In this document: positions 10,790-23,700 of the stretch, piece after piece
Numbering within the stretch: the first letter of the stretch is position 1
Layout: each line of letters begins with the position of its first letter
Assembly: GCA_037379345.1 (NCBI GenBank)
Contig: CM074520.1
Span: forward strand, 13,309,488 to 13,373,487
DNA: 64,000 bases
Source: Perna viridis
Taxonomy: Eukaryota
Direction of reading: 5' to 3'
Position numbers and translations under genes: made by a program
Notes under the pieces: generated by a model
Told to the model about the DNA's origin: nothing
Databases searched by the model: none
The model's input: only the letters and a program-made list of their open reading frames with translations

Positions 10790-11530
10790 TTTTTTTGTAT
10801 TTACATGTATGTATTTTAATATTAAGATGTACATCGGTATTAAGTAGTTTCCTTCACTATACATTTTTTTTTGTTCTTAGTTCTTTGTTAAAACTTTAAA
10901 TCAGTAAAAATTACGGGTGTTTCTATTTTATTACATGGTTAATACATGTTATATCGTCAATATTTTTGTATTTACATGTGTATTTTATACTTAAAATGTA
11001 CATCAGTATTAGAAGTTTCCTTCATTATACATTTTTTTTTGTTCTTAGTTCTTTGGTATAAACTTTAATCAGTAGAAAATTACGGGTGTTTCTATTTTAT
11101 TACATGGTTGATACATGTTATATTGTCAATATTTTTGTATTTACATGTGTGTATTTTAATATTAAAATGTACATCAGTATTAGTAGTTTCCTTCAGTATA
11201 CATTTTTTTGGGGGGTTCTTAGTTCTTTGGTAAAAAAAACCTTATCAGTATAGAATTTAATTACATGTATTTCTATTTTCTCTACATGGTAGTTCTTTGG
11301 TATTTTGTCATAATTTTGTCAATATTTGTTTGCTTTTAAACTCATAGTTCTTTGGTAAAAATCTTTAATCAGTATAAATTACATGTATACATGTACTTGG
11401 TTGATAAATGTATGTTATTTTGTTAATATTGTTTGCTTTTAAACCCATAGATCTTTGGTAAAAGCTTTAATCGGTATAAAATTACATTTATACATGGTTA
11501 CTACATGTTATTTTGTCAATATTTTTACTT
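10790..11530. repeat. Diverged AT-rich tandem duplications (~170-bp units x3, then shorter units)
   Basis: ttttgtatttacatgt..atgtacatc.gtatta..gtttccttca.tatacatttt..gttcttagttctttg recurs at ~10793, 10963 and 11132. Confidence 0.7.
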
Positions 11531-11881
11531 AGTCATGTCTTTCTTGATTGTTATTGTTTCATTGATCTTTAAAGAATATTTTGGGGTTTTTTTCAAGTTA
11601 ATAATTATATTCTGTTAAGATTTGAGTTGTCAAGGGTAAACAACCATGTACTTACTTTTTATATGTATTGTATGTTTTAATAACATTTGTTGATTATCGT
11701 TTTTTTTGTTTGTATTTTTACCATAGTCGGATATTTTTATCAATATTTGTTCAATATTGTTTACTTTAGTTTATGTACAATATATGGTTTAGGACACCTA
11801 TAATGCAAGCATTAATAAATCCATTTAAACTTTTTTTTATTTATATTTGAGTCGTCAAGGGTAAACAACCATGTACTTAAT

Positions 11882-13311
11882 TTTTATGTCGCCTGCAACG
11901 TGTTGCTGGAGCGACATATAGGGATCGCTTTGGGACCATCCGTCGTCTTGCGTCCTACGTCCTGCGTCACAGCAAACAATCAAAGTTTTCTCAAGAAGTA
12001 TAAATCGCAGAGGCTTGAAACTTTACACAAGTCTTCATACCATAGTACTACACCATGTATACCGATTTTATGCTGCTACGTCATCTATTTCCTGTTTTAT
12101 GACTTAGTCATTTTTTCTCCCATAGGGTCAATCGTAAAATTTTCGTAACACTTTTCTCAGAAACCATGAATCCTAGGCTTCTGAAATTTTGTATGCAGCC
12201 TCCAGTAGTTGTCCCATACCGTGTAAGCCGTTTTCGGGTTTGTCGGACGTCTACTTCCTGTTTTACGACTTAGTCATTTTTTTCTCCCATAGGGTCAATG
12301 GTAAAATTTTCGTAACACTTTTCTCAGAAACCATGAATCCTAGGCTTCTGAAATTTTGTATGCAGCCTCCAGTAGTTGTCCCATACCGTGTAAGCCGTTT
12401 TTGGGTTTGTCGGACATCTACTTCCTGTTTTACGACTTAGTCATTTTTTCTCCCATAGGGTCAATGGTAAAATTTTCGTAACACTTTTCTCAGAAACCAT
12501 GAATCCTGAGCTTCTGAAATTTTTTATGCAGCCTCCAGTAGTTGTCCCATACCGTGTAAGCCGTTTTCGGGTTTGTCGGACGTCTACTTCCTGTTTTACG
12601 ACTTAGTCATTTTTTCTCCCATAGGGTCAATGGTAAAATTTTCGTAACACTTTTCTCAGAAACCATGAATCCTAGGCTTCTGAAATTTTGTATGCAGCCT
12701 CCAGTAGTTGTCCCATACCGTGTAAGCCGTTTTTGGGTTTGTCGGACATCTACTTCCTGTTTTACGACTTAGTCATTTTTTCTCCCATAGGGTCAATGGT
12801 AAAATTTTCGTAACACTTTTCTCAGAAACCATGAATCCTGAGCTTCTGAAATTTTTTATGCAGCCTCCAGTAGTTGTCCCATACCGTGTAAGCCGTTTTC
12901 GGGTTTGTCGGACGTCTACTTCCTGTTTTACGACTTAGTAATTTTTTCTCCCATAGGGTCAATGGTAAAATTTTCGTAACACTTTTCTCAGAAACCATGA
13001 ATCCGAGGCTTCTGAAATTTTTTTTGCAGCCTCCAGTAGTTGTCCCATACCGTGTAAGCCGTTTTCGGATTTATCGAACATCTACTTCCTGTTTTGCGAC
13101 TTAGCCATTTTTTCTCCCATAGGGTCAATGGTAAAATTTTTGTAACCCTTTTCTCAAAAACTACAAACCGCAGAGGCTTGAAACATTACACAGATCTTCA
13201 TACCATAGTACTATATCGTGTAAAGTGATTTTATGCTCCTACCTCATCTACTTCGTTTACCGATGACTTAAGCGCAGGCGACATATGCTATCCCTGGATT
13301 GCTCCATCTAG
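11882..13311 (+). mobile_element. Non-autonomous Helentron/Helitron-type element carrying a 166-bp satellite array, nested in the Polinton
   Basis: Subterminal inverted repeat ATGTCGCCTGC (11886) / GCAGGCGACAT (13274), 3' hairpin GCTATCCCTGGATTGC, end CTAG, insertion in a T-run without TSD. The empty site is preserved in the neighbouring duplicate at 11623-11830. Confidence 0.8.
11990..13270 (+). repeat. 166-bp satellite, ~7.5 monomers (same size class as the oyster Cg170/HindIII and BIV160 satellites)
   Basis: GACTTAG anchor at 12101, 12267, 12434, 12600, 12766, 12932 and 13098. Confidence 0.92.
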
Positions 13312-14289
13312 TTATATGTATTGTACGTTTTAATAACATTTGTTGATTATCCTTTTTTGTTTGTTTGTATTTTTACCATAGTTGGATATTTTTATCAATA
13401 TTTGTTCAATATTGTTTACTTTAGTGTATGTACAATATATGGTTTAGGACACCTATAATGCAAGCATTAATAAATCCATTTAAACTTTTTTTATGATTAC
13501 ATTCCTTTAAATGTCTTTTTGGTTAACTTCTTTCAATATCCAGTCTAATAAATTACCTCAATGCTGTATTATTATTTCTTTTTATAAATTTCGATGTTAC
13601 GTTAAAGATATTTTGTTATTTTTCCAAATTGTTATAAACATGTAAAGTTTTATAAAAAAATATATTTGTAGTTTAAACATTCCATATATAAAGTAATATA
13701 AATTCCAATGTCTTCCAATTACTAGTATATATTCAGGTTTTCTAAAACTGTTTATACTTGTTATTCTATTTCATATATTTCATATTTCATAGCAAATTTC
13801 ATACTTATCAATACTCTGTTATGTATTCTTTACATTTATAGTTGTGTATATAGGTTGTAAAAATGTTATATTTTCATCATCTTAAAATTGTTAAAGAATT
13901 CTTCATAATTAATATTTTTTATAATGATAATACTCAAGGGATGACTGCGCCATAATTTGTTTTTTTTTATCTTTTAGTTTATGATTTGTAATTTTAAGTA
14001 AAATTAAAGAAGAATTCAAGAAAAAAAGGAAAAAAAAAACAAAAAAACAGGGGTTATCTTTTTGCTGAGTTGATCAATTTGTACAACCGACAATAAGATT
14101 ATCTCATGTGATTTTGTTATTAAACATCATTCAAAGCAAAAAGATGTGTGTGCAGCCCTTGAACAGGTATGTATGCTTAGAAGATTAATGTTTTAAAACT
14201 TTTGCAGTTATCTCTCTTATAACATTATATTCTTGTTATTACACCTTGTGTCTCAACAATTCCTATTTATTGATCCCTCATTTCGGATA

Positions 14290-14455
14290 GACTCCCATAA
14301 TTGAGTTTTATAAACCCATAACTTATATTAAACTTCCCCTCTTTCTTCACTATTTCATACAACTTATCGGAACCAGAAAATGCCGCTGGATGATTCGGGT
14401 CTGTCCATATCTCTTTTAGATATTTCTCCTTTCTCCTTAACGTTGCACTTACCAT
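14290..14455 (-). pseudogene. N-terminal stub of the Polinton retroviral-type integrase; catalytic core missing
   Basis: EKYLKEIWTDPNHPAAFSGSDKLYEIVKKEG matches the L..iyydP.hP.sfsG..kLY start of Polinton integrases. It points inward from the terminal repeat; no DDE core follows. Confidence 0.75.
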
Positions 14456-14524
14456 ATTTCATAGCATTACTGTCGTTTTGAAGATAAAATGCATTCATAA
14501 TAACAATTGGTGTAGAGGTTTATT

Positions 14525-14771
14525 TTATGGACCCCTTCGTGACGTCAGATATTACATCAGGTTTTAATGTTTATGGACCCCTATGTGAGGTCATAGACCC
14601 CTCAGTCTCTGAGGGACCTCAGGTCATAGACACCCCTCTAATTACGAGGGACCTCAGGTCATAGACCCCTCATCTGAGGGACCTCATGTCATAGACCCCC
14701 TCAACTGAGGGACCTCAGGTCATATACCCCCCAGGGTACAAGGGGTCCTCCTTACCCCCTATTGTAGTTCT
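14525..14771. repeat. Right terminal (TIR) region of the Polinton with short internal tandem repeats
   Basis: GAGGGACCTCAGGTCATAGACCCC repeated about 5 times at ~30-35 bp spacing; ends CCCCCTATTGTAGTTCT. The matching left TIR is not in the window. Confidence 0.7.
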
Positions 14772-15055
14772 ACCTGACCGTAAGCTATTTGAGCTATTGC
14801 AATCACTTGGCATACCAACTTTAATTGAATTTTCTACAGTAGTTTATGAGGAGAAGATTTTAAAAAATAACGACAAACGACATCAAGACCAGCAAAAAAA
14901 AAATCTCCAAAAAGGGCAATAACTCCAACATGGGTTAAGAGATTTTCACTAAAATATGACCACAGATACATTTGTAGATTTTATCAGTCCAAATTTGGTT
15001 TAACTAAATTTTAGTACAAAAGTATCATTTTCAATGGTTTAAATAGCTCAGGTAA
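14772..15055 (+). mobile_element. Remnant of a Helentron-like repeat into which the Polinton appears to have inserted
   Basis: Begins ACCTGAcc...TGAGCTATTGCAATCACTTGGC, like the agctcACCTG..tgagctattg head of bivalve Helentron-like repeats, and ends GCTCAGGT. Confidence 0.4.
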
Positions 15056-15068
15056 AATATTATAGATA

Positions 15069-15470
15069 TATGGCAAGCCAAAGTGGACAAAAATCAATAT
15101 TTTGTAATATTAGAAAATGAATTTTTTATGTTACAAAATCATTTTTTTTAATATTAGAAAAGATTTTATAATATTAGAAATTCATTTTCTAATATTACAA
15201 ATTCCTGATGTATTAATATAATAAAACATCACACATTTTGTAATATTACAAATTGAATTTGTAATATTAGAAAATTAATTTGTAATATTAGAAAATCACT
15301 TTGCAATATTGCAAAATCAGTCACATTTTTTAATATTACAAATGATTTTTGAATATTAAAAAAGTGTTTTGTGATATAAGAAATCTAATTTGTAATATTA
15401 GGAAATGAATTAAAAAATCATGTTTTTAATATTAGAAAATACTCATTTTTGTCCATTTTGGCTTGCCATA
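15069..15470. mobile_element. Non-autonomous DNA transposon, IS3EU-like (TAY...RTA, 6-bp TSD)
   Basis: ~25-bp TIR TATGGCAAGCCAAAGTGGACAAAAA / TTTTTGTCCATTTTGGCTTGCCATA; TSD TAGATA on both sides; interior made of TAATATTA-core repeats. Confidence 0.85.
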
Positions 15471-17745
15471 TAGATAAATATGTTTTCCCTTCACTAGTGT
15501 GCTTAAAATAATTATCTTGTTGTTTTAAACGCTAATGGCCAATTATAAAATGGATATTGTTCTAAAAAAATCTGAAATCTAGAACTGTTAAGTAATAAAG
15601 AAACAAGTAATTTGCAAATCAGGTATTCGTCTGACTTGACTATTTTTACACAGAGTCAACTCTACACAGTAGCACATTAAGGACGTTAAGATTATGTTGT
15701 TCGATTTTCGGCTAATCTAACGTGATATTCATCGAAATTTACTTTTTTTAGTTTCATTCAATGGAGAGATTTCTACGATGGTTACGACGATAATGAACAC
15801 TATCGTGATAACGACAGAGATGATGAATATTGGTGAATAAGCAGAAGGACATGAAATCATTGTAAACTATTGTACTGAATCAAATCTAGTTAGTAACATT
15901 TGGAAGTAAAGAATAATCTAGATAAACAGAAGTGTCGAACAATGGGGGATAGAGTACAGCAGACGACACATGATAAACACAGCAACAAGCAGCTCGAATG
16001 ACAAGATGTTCTTGAAAATCACGTCGTTGTTATTATAACCATGTCATTTTTCAGTCGCCATTTGTCAGAAATTAGAAATTGACATTTTGTCTTTTTTACA
16101 TTTAATAGAAGTTTTAATGCATGTTTTTGACGTACCGATACCCATATAGATTCTCTGCGTAACCCCGTTTTCACTATCTCATTACAACGCTTTTTTGTAT
16201 TCAGAATATTACATTTTATGCTTGTGGTGAGACGGAGTTTTTGCTAACTCACTTATTATGATAACTCGTTGTTTGTTTTCATACATTTACTGCATCTAAG
16301 ATAGAACAAAGCTAACTTTTATGTTCACAACTGAGTGACCTAAAATGTTTGATAATTTTTTTTTACAGTTAGTACCAACTTGCCCACATATCGATCACCT
16401 CGGCATACACGTCTTTATTATAGGATTAAACACTGCACTCTGAAATATTTAATTCGTTTTCTATTCGAGTAACCTTACTTAGAAAAAATGTTTAATTAAC
16501 TCTACTAATTCTAGAGCTTTTAAATACATAAGAGGAATAATTCTTAAACATGCATAGATACCGCGCCAATGTATCATGATTGCATAGGGCCATGGAATGA
16601 CTAGAATAAATTGAAGCCTATGCAAGACGTTACACAAAACTTACATAGTAAAAACTTCACAATTCAATATGAATATAAATTAATAACATACAGACGTGAA
16701 CCCGATGAAAGACGTGCCGGATGTACGCCACCTAAAATTAGGAACATTTTTAGTTTGTTCGAGATCTTAAAATTTCTTTCGATGTATACTTTTTTTTTCA
16801 CGCGCCTGACTTTTACAGAATGAAATCATTATGATACTACTAGGCTAATCAAGCAGTATGATGGCCGACTAGATTCCGCTGTTGAAGGCGCGACAGTTAT
16901 AGAAGATGGGTGACAGAAACTAGTCTTGGTTAATCTGCTCACCCCGAATGAAAACGTTCGAATTATGTTTCATTTACGTATATTAAAGCAAGATTCATCT
17001 GATCTCTTTTGCATGTCCTAGGCATTGTTTATTATTGGACATTTTCTCTCTGTTCTTGCAGTTTCGGACTTTGTCAGTAAAAGAAAAACAACTTCTTTAT
17101 TATTTTCAATCGGAATATCATTTATGTGATTGCTCTTATCTTCCTTCACGTAGGAAACTATAACTTTCAATCAATATCCGTTTCAAAAAAACATGAAGTA
17201 AACAATGGCAGATGCTCATTGGTGTAGGTTTAATGTCGAACAATTTTTCCATAGTACATGACATTTAAGTAAAATCGAAGTATACGCTCCACATGTAAAT
17301 CAAGGCAGCGGACTCTTTTCTGATTTCATTTGTACACCTTTACTTTATTATCACCTTTTAGGCAAATGAAAAATCTACCATCAACACTCTACGTACCGTG
17401 TCGTCATTGATCGCAATCATGATTGTGACCGTATGTCACGCATGTGATCACTGAAAACAGTTTATCGATTACTTCTCTGTTAAAATTACCGCTCCCCGAC
17501 ATGAATAGAAATTAAATATGCACATAACAGATCGCTTTATGTTTTTGTTTGAATGCTATGATTCCCCGTCTTAGTGTATACAGCGACATGATCATGTATT
17601 GTGATTATGTATTTGTTAATTAGTGTTGACGTCTGTGTTGATTAATTACTATACAAGCACGTCGAGTTCCCGGTGAGAGAGGTTTGCTGAGGATATTAAT
17701 ATTTTCTTGTGTTTCCATCAGAATTACCACGCGTAGACCTGCGCC

Positions 17746-20700
17746 ATGTCGAGCTTCTTTTCATGCTTAGGAAAGAAAAGTAAGGCGAAAAAGAAAAAGA
17801 ATGGAAAACCACCAGAATCTAAAATAGTAAGTACTACTGTGTTTTCTCTAGAGTGCTATTATAATTAATTAAGTAGCATCGCAATCTAATTATATATAAT
17901 TATTGATAAATATACTTATGATATGCATCAACACCTACACAACTATAAATATTTCATTTTAACACATCGTGTAATAGAACATTTGAATTATAAATGTATG
18001 TTATGATGTATGGTACTATTTCCCTTGGAGATACACTCCAGGCAATAGAAAGCAAGTATAAAACGAACAGCTAATTACATCTGTACATTCGCTTTACCGC
18101 AAGGCAATTACTGTCATCAAAAGTTGCGTAGACCTAGCCTGATTCAATAATTAGTTTCTATAATAAGCTTATAAGTAGGCAGCTTAAGGTGCTAAGATAC
18201 GAGTAAGATATGTGTGATACACATGACCGTTGCTTCCATTCACTATTTCTAAAGTCTTCCACGTGGTTTCACCGGTAAGGTGTTTTATCTGCCGTGACCT
18301 CATCGTCTTATGCAGTTTGTTAACTTTAAAGTCTTCTATTCAAATGAAACTGATTAATCCCTAGTCAGGTGTAAATCCGGTGTTCAAGGTCCTTTTAAGT
18401 GTACTATGAAGTTTTCGCCGGACTGGTAATGGATTTTTCGATCCTAATGTTCACTGTCCGTCAGTCTGAGCGATTCTTAATGACAAAAACATTAACAGCA
18501 AATTTATCCTCATGTGTTTAATATATTTGCACTGTATTTTCATAGTTCTTAATTCATTTCTTCATCGATTTGAGGAACTGAAATAATAAGGGTCTTGGGA
18601 ATGACAAGTTTATTTTTGTTGTCTTCTTGTCGTAAATACTATTCAATATGTTCATGGTCAGTAAGGTTCATTGTATAAGATTGATTTTCTGAGGGAAGTG
18701 TTTTTTATTGTACCATAAATGGAGAATCCAGAAATTCCGAAATGAATAGGTTGGACGGGGGGTGACAGAGATTTGGATTCAATCAACCGCACTTTTCTAG
18801 CATAAGAGGGGCAGCCCCCCCTTTGGATCCTTCTACTGTCCATGTACTTTGACTTTGAAAAGTTGGGAAAAATAATATGTTTGTTTTCATCTACCTTACC
18901 TACCCTAGTTTTGTGTCGACCGTAAACGTTTTATGACCATTTTGGCTCAAGCACTAATAAAGTCTAGATCGTTTCTCGATTACAATTCATTGTATAATAT
19001 TTTTGAAAATTAATAAAATAATTTCCCTACATACAAACCCTATTTGTTCTTGCTAGTAGCAGGAAACAAAACTATTATTATTTTTTCGGCATTATATACG
19101 TATATTGTTTTCGCGTTCTATCAGTAATAGTCATAACAGAACTGAGTCGGTCTGTTTCCTCTCGAGATTTATAAACATCACGTATTTTTTTTTCAGATTG
19201 AGGACCAAACCAAATACGATGGGGACAAGGAGCATCCCATAGAGGAATACATCCCTGCAGACAAGGTTTGTTATTGTATATAGGTCTACATAAATGTAGT
19301 TATTATAGCATTTTGTAGTGCTAACTGAAAAGTGCCACAAGCAGTCTGCTATTGAATGAATGCCTTCAAAATGGTAAAAACATTCATTTGCATTGTTTAA
19401 ATCTCACGTATTTGTACAGAAAACATTAATGGTTGTTCCTCGAGTTATTTATTGGAATAGTTTACCCCCAATCAATGTGTGTTGAATCTATAAAAATAAC
19501 TTTGTCCAGGACTTAACCTACAAAGTCGATGTTGATTGATTCATACTTTGGGAGCGGTTCATCGTCTCGATTCTATTTCATAAAAACTATTTAATGATAC
19601 ATGTATGAATACAAAATGATTATGCATGAAGTGCATCCGACCAATTTTGGTCCTCTAGGTAACCGCGTTTTCTTCGTTGGCATCCTGAACGAACTGTAAC
19701 ACTCACAATAAGCACTTGATGACATTTTTAATACAATTTCTATAACTTCAGAGTACATGCTTTTAACAAAATATTCGTCAATCTACCTTTTACAGGGCTG
19801 TGAATACTCACTACATACCAGTGTTTTCGAAATATAAAATAATTTATGTTTTTTCTGCAATGTTTATACAAATGTATGTCACGCCCAGTTATAAAAGGGT
19901 TGTAATTTTATATACAATTATGCTTATCTGTAATACTTATATGACTTCAATTATTTAAATGCTTCTGTAAGGGTCCTTTTCCGGGATTCTATGCATTTCT
20001 TCTTACTGTTTTTTTTTCTGTCAACACAATTTTTGTACCTGGATTTATAAGCTTAAACCCCAAGAACTTCCACCAGGAGGAATGACAAATCATTGAATGT
20101 ATTACCACTGATAATTGGTTTCCAGATGTTATTGAGCCATTAAAAAGTTAAGTACCTTGTCGCTTACACTGCACATATGTAAGCATCATATTTCATTTCA
20201 TTGATAAAAAGACAAAATTGTGTTGTTTTGGACAATTCATATCACAGTTAACACATTTCAAGTGTGTCTACGGACATCGCTAAGCACAGGGAGAGACTTC
20301 TTATTTCTTGTTTATATTAAACACCTTGTCTATCACTATTCAAACGAAATTGTCGATGTACGATTGATGCCTCTAGTTATAGATCTGGTATGTTTTCCAG
20401 ATACTAAACAGGCGCGGACACATGGCAGCGGACCCGGTGTACGCCCGATCTAAAACTGGGAGGGGTAGCATAAAACATTATTATATGTTGACTGTATTAT
20501 TCCATAATTGCAGGAGGAAACTCAGTCAGTTACTGAACAGGCATGTGAGGTAAAAGGACCAGTGCAGTGTTCCGATGAACCAGTCGACGTACCAGTCGAA
20601 GAGGCACCGTTAATAAAAGAACTCAAGTCGAAATTGAGTATTAAAGTTGAAAAATCTCCTACTCAGGAACAATCTGAACAGATCAGCAAACCTAATAATG

Positions 20701-23700
20701 ATGAAGATAAACAAGAAAACACGATAGAAGACATTGTTCCTGAAATTATTGAGAAGTCAGTCATTAAATCTGTTGGCGCTGAGATTGGTAAAATTGAGGC
20801 GAAGGCAAAAGAGGAAACTAAGAAACTTCTTAAAGCTGACAGTCTGTCTGAAAAGAACTTCCTACTGTCTGAAGAGAACCAAAGATTGAGGAAAAAATGC
20901 GACGAAAATGAAAATCAGATACGTAATCAGAGAAATGAGATACAAAAATTACAGGAGGAGTGCTTGGCAATTAAAAGGGGGTTAAATGATGGAACAAAGC
21001 TTCAGAAGGCTATACAAGATCGTGTAGATATAATGGTGGCTGTCGATCAGCTCACCAATGCCTGTTCATCTCTCAAGATGAGATTAGATGAAGTAGAAAA
21101 TGAAAAAGATAAAAAATCGAACGCATCGCAAAATATAGAAAGCAAGATAAGTGTCATCAATAATGATCACGAAGAATTGAGCAAAAACATAAAGAATACC
21201 CTCAAATGTGTGCAAGAATTAGAATGTCGTGTTATTAATCTTGAACTTGATAAGGAAAATGGAACAGAGAAGCAAGACGATGTTTTGTGTAGTTTAAAAG
21301 AAAAGGATAGCCCTTTGAAAATACAGCAAGATCATCAACAGGTTGTTAATGCGTTCGAAAACCAAGTATCAATGCTGTTAGAAGAGGCAGCTACTTTAAA
21401 GAAAGAAAATAAGGAACTGAAAAATCAGAACTCGAATGAACAAATAAAGCAACAGTTGAATCAGTTGACATCCTTAGAAAAACAGGTGGAGCAACTGACT
21501 GGTGATTTATCTAAGTTACTGAGTGAGAACAATCAATTAAAAGACCAACTTAAAGACAACAAAACACAAGCTGAACTCATTAGTAAATGTAAAACTCTTG
21601 AGAGCACAATAGACAATCAGAAAGTAGAAATTACAAAGATGACTGGTGAAATTGGACAGTTACAGAAGCAGGTGTGTGCACAAGAATCAAAGGCTGAAAC
21701 AGTAGAAAAACAGGCTGTTAAAATAGGGTCTTTGCAAGAAACTGTTGAAAGCCAAAACAAAGAGCTAGCTTTAGTAATGGAGGAAAATAAACGTCTCTTA
21801 AAACAATTGACCCCTGTCAAAGACGATGGAAAGTTGAAATCAATGCAGCAGCAAATGGAGAAACTTAATTCAGAGACCACTAAATTAAAGGAAGAAAACA
21901 CGATGTTACAAAACCAAATAAAACTTGAAAAGGTGCAGACTGAAACGGTACAGGAATTGCAGAAACAAGCACAAACCTTGGAATCTGAGAAATCTACGTT
22001 GCAGAAACAAAGTAAAGATTTGAGCACACAGTTGGAAGAAAGTTTACAATCTCATCGCTCTAAAGACGAAAGGTTGTCATCACTTCAGACAATCGAAAAT
22101 GGCCTTAACAATACAATATCGTGTCTGGAATCTAAACTATCACAGTACGAAGCTCGACATAAAAGTGAAACTGAAGAAATGACCGTCGTGAAGAAAAAGC
22201 TAGAAAAGACTGAAGGTCAACTTAGGGAAAAGGAAATAGCTCACCAGGACACTATTAAAAAACTAGCAGAGGCGCAGAAGAAACAAGAAGAGATTCAGAA
22301 AAGGTTGTACTATTGTCTTAGTTCAGCTACATATTAGAAGCTGATTTAAAGAGTTAATAGCTCAAACTGCTCAGTTTTGTCTAATTCCTAAACATTTTTA
22401 TTATCCTTCCGTTTTGGGTTCCACCCACAAAACGGAAGCATAATATTGATGTAAAGGAATTAGACAAAACAGAACAGTTTGATTATTAACTTTTGACTTT
22501 TAAACAAACATTTTGTGTATAAATCTCTATGAAATTTTGCTGTAGGGTTTCATAACACAAACTTTGAATGATGTTTAATTATGTTTAAAGAATCAAGGAC
22601 GGAGAATTTTATTTTTTAAGTTTGGCAAGTTAAGTGATACAACAGTGCAACTATACTAACAGTGGAATAATGCTCTTCTTCTGTCCTGTCCATACAAAGT
22701 AATTGCGTTTAATAGTTTTATCTATCTTTGATACAGAATATACACAATCTAATTACAGATGTCCAGCTCCAAACCAGGAATCTATATTTAACAACATTAG
22801 CAAATACTATACTACCTTTTTAAGTTGAACAATTGATTCAATTTTGTAGACAAAATGGAATTACTGCGGAGAAGTCGCATGCCGTTAACGGTACCGCCAT
22901 GATGGCATCGTTATCGACGTCAGAAGACAGCTCAATAAAAATAGGCGAAAAGTTTCGAGAATTATTCGACACAGTTTGGCGTGAGGCTTTTGATAAACTG
23001 CACAATGTCTGCAAAAGGGATGAAAGAAAAGTTTTATTGATCCTGATGGAGTATTTGACGGTAGAATTACTTTAATTCTTTTAGCTAGTAACCCCAACCA
23101 CACAAGAAAAATTATCCGTTCTGAAGAACCATGGAAAATGGAACGCTTAAACACTTTATCCTGTATATATTGATTGAAAAGTTCTACAAAATTAATATGA
23201 ATGTATTTGGTATTTCAAAATGGCTAAAATATTACTTCAAAACGTATTTAATTTCCATACAGAGAGTAGGAAGAAGTCCTGATTAAGGGCACACACATCT
23301 AAGAGTAATCAAGGGAACCAATGTTATAGCAGTAATCAAAAGAATGTAATCCAGGGACAAAGACAAGACATGGAAAACAGACACACACAACAAAGAACAC
23401 AAAGTAACTAAAATCATACATACAAAGTAACAAAAGTAAATGAGCAACTCGGACTCCACTAAAAACTGGGAGCATGGACTAGGTGCACCGGTAGGGTAAA
23501 AATGTAACTGCCTAAATAAAGATAACTTAATCCTGTTCAGTAGAAAGTCTGTGTTAGATACCAAATGTTTTCTTCCTTTTAAATTGTTTCATTGATATTA
23601 CCAATAGGGTTATCTTAATTTGAAATTCCGCGATCGCATTAAGGTTGGTTTGACTTGAACAAGAATAAAATAAGGAAAACTAGATTTTATGTTTGAAGAG

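Larger units (their letters stand above)
1..14771. mobile_element. Polinton/Maverick (adintovirus-like) endogenous viral element, right-hand part, degenerate; left end lies upstream of the window
   Basis: Co-located MCP, adenain protease, A32/FtsK ATPase, pPolB and integrase N-terminus. Repeat-rich terminal region ends ...GTAGTTCT at 14771 (Polinton termini are AG...CT). Multiple frameshifts and stops. Confidence 0.93.

Noticed and set aside
11900-12440. ORFs of 82-83 aa
   Set aside because: They lie in the Helentron head and satellite monomers.
15755-16030. Purine-rich, exon-like stretch (D/E-rich in one frame)
   Set aside because: Interrupted by stops; no recognisable domain or consistent splice sites.
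20127-20150. Possible micro-exon of the MIEAP-like gene (ttccag/ATGTTATTGAGCCATTAAAAA)
   Set aside because: Phase is incompatible with the flanking phase-0 exons (it gives a TAA) and the donor is weak.
21617-22027. 136-aa minus-strand ORF
   Set aside because: Antisense to the coiled-coil exon.
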